DNA of 59,714 nucleotides, filler included, from Platydemus manokwari (Eukaryota): NCBI GenBank assembly GCA_037951405.1. It is 5 parts of 5 records of this genome, joined end to end, with 100 filler letters (N's around TTAATTAATTAA, not from the genome) between each part and the next. Parts side by side here need not be neighbours in the genome. Positions count along the whole stretch, not along the records: positions 49,787 to 59,714 come from JBBMOY011188100.1; 4 more parts are not named here. One strand, 5' to 3'. Shown piece by piece: positions 52,880 to 59,714 of this stretch (position 1 is its first letter; each line of letters starts with the position of its first letter). The notes under the pieces were generated by a model. It saw only the letters and a program-made list of their open reading frames with translations, ran no database searches and was not told where the DNA came from. The position numbers and the translations under genes were made by a program.

Positions 52880-53810
52880 TTACAAGCAAACAGTGAATCA
52901 AAATGAAATTTTAAACAATGACCGTCCACACAGATGACTTGAACACGCTTTTAATGAGGTCTATAGAATGCTTATCGTTGGTTATAGTTGAAATTAGTTC
53001 CAAAAATGCAATCTATAGTCCGATCTTATACCAACGATTTTGCAAGCGAATTTATTTGATGGATATTAAATGTCCACTAGATGTTGAAAGATTGATGACT
53101 CCGGTGGACGAAAGGAATTTAGGGCACTATGCCCGCTGTGTGAATTATTAAACAGCATAGGCCCCATTATACTGTAACTATTCACACAATTGTGGTTGGA
53201 TCGTTATGCTCAGTTCTTTAAAAGATGTGAATAATCAAACAACTCAAATGCAACTATCAGAACATTAAAACATAGGATTGTACTCTTATTTTCTGATGTA
53301 TTCTTTCTTTGAATTTATTTTCTCTAGATGAACGAAACATAAAGGAATTAATGCCTTAGTGGAAACCAGTTAACCGAGCCTCAAAGTTGTTAATCAGTCA
53401 ATCAATCATACTTAATGACTGAGAAGTGAGAAAGACTATACTCGATTCCATGGCAAAACAGAGTATAGTTATCAGAATTCCCGAAGAATCTATCTCTCAC
53501 TACTCCGAGCCTTCGGTAGAACAGGGGTTGATGAGTTGATCAGATCATCACCTCTTTCGAGCCATATGTCAACATGATGAAGGAAACCACCATTTCAACT
53601 TATATGAAGCCGGTTGGCCAGTCCGCTCTAGTTCCTTTTTTAAACTTTTGTTTGGTTAGTTAGGGATTAGTTCCATTCTAGCTTCTGACCTCAAACCACT
53701 TGATTGGACAAGCCCGTTCTCGTTAAGGGTGCTGCCTTCGGTCATACAACCTTCCTTCTCGGGACTGGTCGAACCCCCATCCAAACTGAAGCCTATTTTG
53801 TTATATAATA
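52880..53810 (+). mobile_element. 5'-truncated RLE non-LTR retrotransposon (endonuclease plus probable 3' UTR)
   Basis: IYLMDIKCPLDVERLMTPVDERNLGHY and HTIVVGSLCSV match RLE motifs D..CP.D and .VGSLG. A GC-richer non-coding tail ends near AATAAA at ~53800. Confidence 0.7.
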
Positions 53811-54289
53811 AACTTTATAGTTTATGTTTTACACATTTGAAAATAGTGGTTGAGGTTCAAATCTCGAGAAAGTTTTTTTTCTATAAAATATAAATTTGAT
53901 GGAAAACAGACTCATTTTATGTAAAAAATATTGTAGATTCCAAATTTGTTATTGGATAAATATTCGGAAAGATATTCGAGTTTAAAATTTAAATAAAAAA
54001 TAATTAATTTTAAATTATTTTAAGAATAAATAATTTTATTCAATTTGCAATTTTAACCAATTTTGTCAGCGTTATATTTTATAAAATATTTAATAACAAC
54101 AAAAATTATTTAATTATAAATAATATATTAATTTTTTTTGTTTTTAATTATTTTTTTTATAAATTTATAAATTTAACCATATTTTTATAATAATAAAAAT
54201 AGTGATAAATAATAATTTTAAATATTTATGTCAAATACCAATTCTCGTTAAACAAAAAAAATATTTGTTTAACAAAATTAAAAATTATA

Positions 54290-57200
54290 AATTTCGTGAT
54301 CTGACAGCCGCGATGATATGACCACACCCATGGATTCAAAGATTGATGGTCACCCACTGGATGATACGTGTTGTTGCGGCAACGTGTTGAACCTAGGTGT
54401 TTCTTTTTACGATTTTCCTAATCTCCGAGAGCCTATAAACGGACGGGAGATTTCTTTCAATTAAATTAAAAAGAGAGTGGACATGCAAAGATCCTCCTCA
54501 CTTTCGGTTTCATCTCAATTTCTCTGGTTCAAGGCAGGAAGGAAGCAGCGCTCAATATCTTCGTCAGTCATATTTTTTAATTTAAGATTATTTTATATTC
54601 AATTTAACACATATTTTTTAAAAACTTATTAAAACTTACTTATTATTGTGGTTCTTGGAATTATTTTATCGGTCGTTAATTTACCATAATGACCCTTACA
54701 TTTTTTATCATTCAAATAACATAGATTACATAATCTAACATTACAGGCCCCCAATCTAGGATCACATGCTGATTCTAGTTTATTTTTTTGATCAGGATAA
54801 CGGATATTAATATCTATAACGGCTAATTCATCTATTGTATAAACATCCTATCTAATTTTGTTTGGATCCATTTTAATAAATATTTATTTAAAATATTATT
54901 TATTTTTAGTGGTCTCAGGGTATAACTCGATGGTATGTGAAAAATGTTTTTTTTTATTTTTCAAAAAGGGGGGTACGTGAAATATGTTTTTTATTTTTAA
55001 AATGGGGACAACTTTTTTATTTTTTTTGGGTTGTGGTCAATAATAGTCTTTTCCCCACTACAGTTCGATTAGTTGGTGTACTCTTCAATATATATACAAA
55101 TTGTGTTTAGAAAAAATAAAGATCCCAATAGTTTGGAACAACAAAATTCTAGTCAAGGCGATCATTGTAGTAAAATATTTTACTAGAATTTATCGGGGTT
55201 TGATATGATGAAGACTTGTGGAATATTCTTTGAAGGAATAGAATCAATTGTAGCCATGGATGTGGAAAAGAAATATAGTGACCAAGACAGAATCGAAATG
55301 GCATTGAAGAGTATTGCTGATAATAATGATGTTTTATTGAATGGCTACACAAAAGAAAATGACTTAATTTTTATAGCAGCCTATAAATTTAGATACCAAA
55401 ATTCAATAATTGATAGGCATTTTATTGAAAGCAATGTTATAACGCCTTGCAAGAGTCTTCGATAGTGATTCCAAAGAAAGATTAATCGATCAGGATGTAT
55501 TTATACTTTCGAAAATTAAAAGAACAGAGAGAGAAATTTTGTTTTCCGATACATGATATCCAAACTTTATTTGAGTCAATGTATGATACAACAGTTTTCT
55601 CCACGATAGATTTAGGCTAAGCATATTATCAGGTCGAACTTGAGGAAGATTTTAAGTTGAAAACGGTGATCGGCACTAGAACCGGTCAATTCTGTTTTAA
55701 CAGACTACCAACGTTGCAGAATCTAATGAATACGCTATTTAAGTATTTGAATTAGAAGAGCGTCCTTGTTAATCTGGATGATATTTAAGTGTATAGAAAA
55801 ACAGTAGAGAAATACAATGAGACACTTGGACAGGTTTTTAGGTTGATTAAATCATCAGGTTCGAAAATCAATCCCGAAAAATGTGCTTTTGAAGCTAGAA
55901 AATATAATTTACTGAATCAGAAGGTATCTGAACTAATGACAACAAAGTATAGAAGTTTAATAAAACAATAAAACTCGGTTGCATAACCCAGTTCATGTCT
56001 TTCCTAGGATTGTGTAATTATTACAGACAAATTATCAAAACCACGCACTAATTATGGCTCCGTTATATGTGATGATGACTGGAAGTGACAAGAAATTGAT
56101 GTGATCTACAGGGTATGGGGAAAGTTTTGAAAACCTAAATAAACAATTTGGCATTCCACAAGTTCATTATGCATTTTAAGCATTTTTCGCTGGGAAAGAA
56201 ATTTGTTACTCTCATGTATCAAAAGACTTTGATATATATGAAACCGATTAACCCTTAATTTGAAACATGGTTTCCAAAATTATCCGGATTCAATTTGAAT
56301 TTCTATATCGGAAGGAATCAGATCATGAAAATTCGGATAAACTCTAAAGGATAGGTGAAGCATTTTGTTCAGAGTGCTTTATTATTGTTTTGTTCACATT
56401 TACTTCATTAATGTTTTCGGGCATTCAATTGCAAATAATGACGAACTAAGAAGATTCAACAAACAGATACTGCCGGTGGTTCCTTTAGAAAATAATAACA
56501 GAAAACTGAAACATAAGTCTATTCATAGATCAAGAAAAGCACATATTTTAACAGCTTAGAGAAATGTTAATTGTTTGAAGATATGGTGATGTAAAATGTG
56601 AAGGGAAAAAAGTGAATTGTTGTGATAGAGGTTCATTCGCAGAAAATAATGAGATACATACCCGAGGAGTTATGCCATATCGTTAATAATTCAAAAAATT
56701 TAGTTCTGGCCAAATATGTCTCGAAGCATCAAACACGAAAGACGGAATATGCTAATCGAAATCACTAGTTAGATTAAAGGAATTTTGAATCCAAGGATTG
56801 TGTTTGATCCTCTGGTACAAATCGCTGCTGATATTGTGATTTTTAAGGAATTTATGACTGAAATCAAGTATTTGTTGGTTATCGTAGATAGATTCAGTAA
56901 TTTAGTAAGCTTGCTGCAGCTTATTTGACAAGACAAGACAAATATTTCCATGCAACATTCTCATTTTAAAATTTTGTTTGGGCATGATTCGCGATTAAAT
57001 AAACCTAGCAACTACGACAGGATCATCGAAGAAACGGAAAACCAGCTAAAGTTAGTAAACATTAACTTCAAGAAATTTGATGTTAAAAAGAGTTTATACA
57101 ATTTTCACGGTTTGGAGATTTTTTTAAAGAAAGAACCACACAGGATAAAGAAGAGAGATCTTATTGAATGTTCTCACAAAATTTTCAAATATTTTAGCCC

Positions 57201-57300
57201 ACATCAAATACTTGTCTACAGGGACAGTCAAAACCTCGAAAAATTGGGTGGCTTAAAAGATCTGAAAAACAACGGGAGAGTAAAATTAGCAAAATTTTAG
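54290..57300 (+). mobile_element. Decayed Ty3/Gypsy LTR retrotransposon (LTR-like region, RT, RNase H, integrase)
   Basis: RT: VIPKKD*SIRMYLYFRKL...FPIHDIQTLF...VFSTIDLG*AYYQV...KT...GQFCFNRLP...VNLDDI*VY...INPEKCAF (55466-55890). Then FLGLCNYYRQII, FEFLYRKESDHENSD and integrase IAADIV...KYLLVIVDRFSN (~56820-56900), giving RT-RH-IN order. An LTR-like block at ~54290-54745 has TATAAA. Confidence 0.9.
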
Positions 57301-57491
57301 ATTTGTTTTAATATTCAAGAAGACAAACGAAGCTTTTACTATTATATTTAACATAACAAAACAATTAACATCAAAACAATAATAATGATAAACATTCAAA
57401 TAAAGTTTAGCTATCAAATTTCCCTTTAGATAAAAGATGCATAATGATAATGAGATCTTATTATTAAGTTAATATAAAATTATTTGTGCAT

Positions 57492-59633
57492 TTATAAATC
57501 GATACAGTGCTGGCACAAAATCGTCAAATTAAAAAACACAATTTCTCTTTTTATGTCGAATTTTTCAAATAAAGACAACATTTCTTCCAATTTTTCTTCA
57601 TTAAACACAAAATCGATTGAATCAACACAATAACGATGGATTATATATGATGATAGGGTTTTAAAAGATGATATTTTTTCTGGAAATTTTACACCGACAT
57701 CTGTAATCAAATCGTAATAATATTGCACATCCCACACATTTTGTCTCTCCAAACCCAAATATATCCGTTTCATATGAACGCCCAAATACAAAGCATAAAA
57801 CATAAATAACATAAAAAGAACATCAGTTTCATTTTCATATTTATCATATGTTTTGAGAAACTTTTTGAATTGATTTGAAAGATCTTCAATATTTTCAATT
57901 TCTTTGTCGTTATCGATAGAAATTTTAAAACGTTTCATAATACAAAGAGTTCTAAAATATATTGGAATCATTTTCACTGGCATAAACTTGTGAGGAAATT
58001 TCATTTTGAATTCAAAAGCACATTCTTTCAAAAGATTTTCTATTTCATCTAAATAATTATTGATGTCAGTCCATGGAATCTTGTCATCATCTTTCGATAA
58101 ACTAATACGAGCACAATTCACTAATGCATCAAATCGAACTGCTTTTTCACAATCGGCATCAATTAGTTCTTTGTATAACTCTAGAGCTCTGGCTTTATCA
58201 CCTTTATTCAAACATAACTCAGCTAGAAAATGTTTTGCAGAAATGTTTGAAGATGACAATTCTTCGATTTTATTGACTAATTGTTTATATCGTTCATTGG
58301 TTTCATCGAGTCTAAATAATACCATAAAAATTATACCAATCTCTTCCATCATTTCATAACTAACACTGACAAGCTTATCAAAATTTATATTTTCATATAA
58401 TTCAGATGCAAGATCAAGGGCCTTTGTGAATTCCCCAGATAAGAAGTAACAACGCACCAAATATATTTTAGTTTGACAAACAATAGGACGCGATTGAAAA
58501 CGCGGATGAAACAGAGTTTGATATTCGTTATCCAATTCCAAGGGATCTATTTGGGCAATTTCATCCGGATAATCGTCAAATTGCTTTAGTGCTTGCTCAA
58601 ATATTTCTATTGCTTCATTGTACGAGTTGATTTTTGTGAAAATCAATCCAATATCATAAAAGAATTGTGCCGATTTTCCCAACATCCCCCTACTTAATAC
58701 ATTAGAAATGAGCTTGAAATGCCCATATAAATGATAAAAATAATTAATGCTCTCAATTAAGTTTTCTGGCTCAAAACACCATAAATTATGCACTAAACCG
58801 CGATTTCTAAACATCTTTATAATTTTTTTACTTTCTGCCACAAATGGAGATACAGAAAATTTAAACAAATAATAAATTTTTTTTACTATTTTCTTCTCGA
58901 GATTCAAACGAATTAAATGTCTTTGAATTTTTACAAATATTCATACTTTCCAAATCCCTCAAACACTGTGAAAACACAGTTATTATATATTGGGCAATAT
59001 ATGCCTTCTTATTTTCGGTTTGATTGCTTGTAATATCGCATTTTAATATATTCATAAAATATTCAAATTCTTCAAAAGATCTTCATATTCTTTATCGAGT
59101 TTTGACATTCGATAATGAAATGATGGGGTATGTGTTTGATTTGTCATTTTCTCAATCTGAGTTTTTGCATTATTTATTAATATATTCAATTTATGTCGTG
59201 TTTGTCCATCTCTTGTATTTCTCTCAAATAATGTATTCATCAGTTTATTCACGACTTTATTGAATTTATCAACTTCGCCATACAAAAAATTGATTTGGCA
59301 TTGATAATCACAACTTATATTGATTTCCTCAATGATTTGAATCAAATGTTTCACAACATCGATTATCATTTGATTTATTGATTGATTTTTATTTTCGAAT
59401 CCAGATCTAACTCTGTCGTGTTGATGAATCAATTTGTATCTGATTTCAACGAAACATATAAAGGTTTTGATCAAATCATGCTCCGTTTTTCGTTCGTTAT
59501 CGTCAAACCATTCACGAAACATCTCACAAATAATGCAAAAAATAAGCGCAAAATAATATCGATCGCTTTTTAACGGGATATCAATCTCATCAATTGATTT
59601 TATTAACTCTCTCATTTGTTTAAAGATAAACAT
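57492..59633 (-). CDS. Apparently intronless TPR-repeat protein (~713 aa) with two N-terminal HEPN-like motifs, interrupted by two compensating frameshifts (gene or young pseudogene)
   Basis: ORFs 59633-59052, 59055-58861 and 58907-57492 overlap end to end, and the first and last are in the same frame. TPR-like units: AQFFYDIGLIFTKINSYNEAIEIFEQALKQF, TKIYLVRCYFLSGEFTKALDLASELYE, AKHFLAELCLNKGDKARALELYKELID. HEPN-like motifs RYKLIH and RNRGLVH. Confidence 0.7.
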
Positions 59634-59714
59634 TTCGTAATATTAGGTGTATAACCTTAAAATTTCGGTTTTTTTTGAAAAATATTTATTTATTTAAAGT
59701 ACATTTTGCATAGT

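Noticed and set aside
53340-53800. HDV-like or hammerhead ribozyme in the GC-richer retroelement UTR
   Set aside because: I could not build the required pairings by eye, and the region fits better as the 3' UTR of the plus-strand RLE fragment. An Infernal search would settle it.
51550-53810. Single element with a twin-priming 5' inversion
   Set aside because: The minus-strand piece appears to have its own RLE tail (IIVGAL), implying two separate copies. No TSD was found.

Overview
Very AT-rich animal genomic DNA with many 42-90 nt GT-AG introns. A triclad flatworm is plausible, but that is an inference from composition, intron sizes and transposon types. The window is five contigs joined by identical artificial 100-bp spacers (44N-TTAATTAATTAA-44N), so adjacency across the spacers cannot be trusted. 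Confident host genes: an 8-exon Polo-like kinase 4 (PLK4/SAK, 803 aa) with an RFX X-box-like site in its promoter, a 6-exon eIF3i (326 aa), and the large terminal exon of an AJM1/C9orf172-like apical-junction protein carrying a 5x75-bp coding repeat. Much of the rest is decayed mobile DNA: Ty3/Gypsy gag and pol remnants, three restriction-like-endonuclease (R2/NeSL-group) non-LTR remnants (one with a Ulp1-like protease), a pogo transposase fragment, an intact hAT MITE and minisatellites. The best novel candidate is an apparently intronless ~713-codon minus-strand gene at 57492-59633. It has two tandem DUF86/HepT-like HEPN signatures followed by TPR repeats and is split by two compensating single-base frameshifts. 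All domain calls are by-eye motif recognition; no searches were run.
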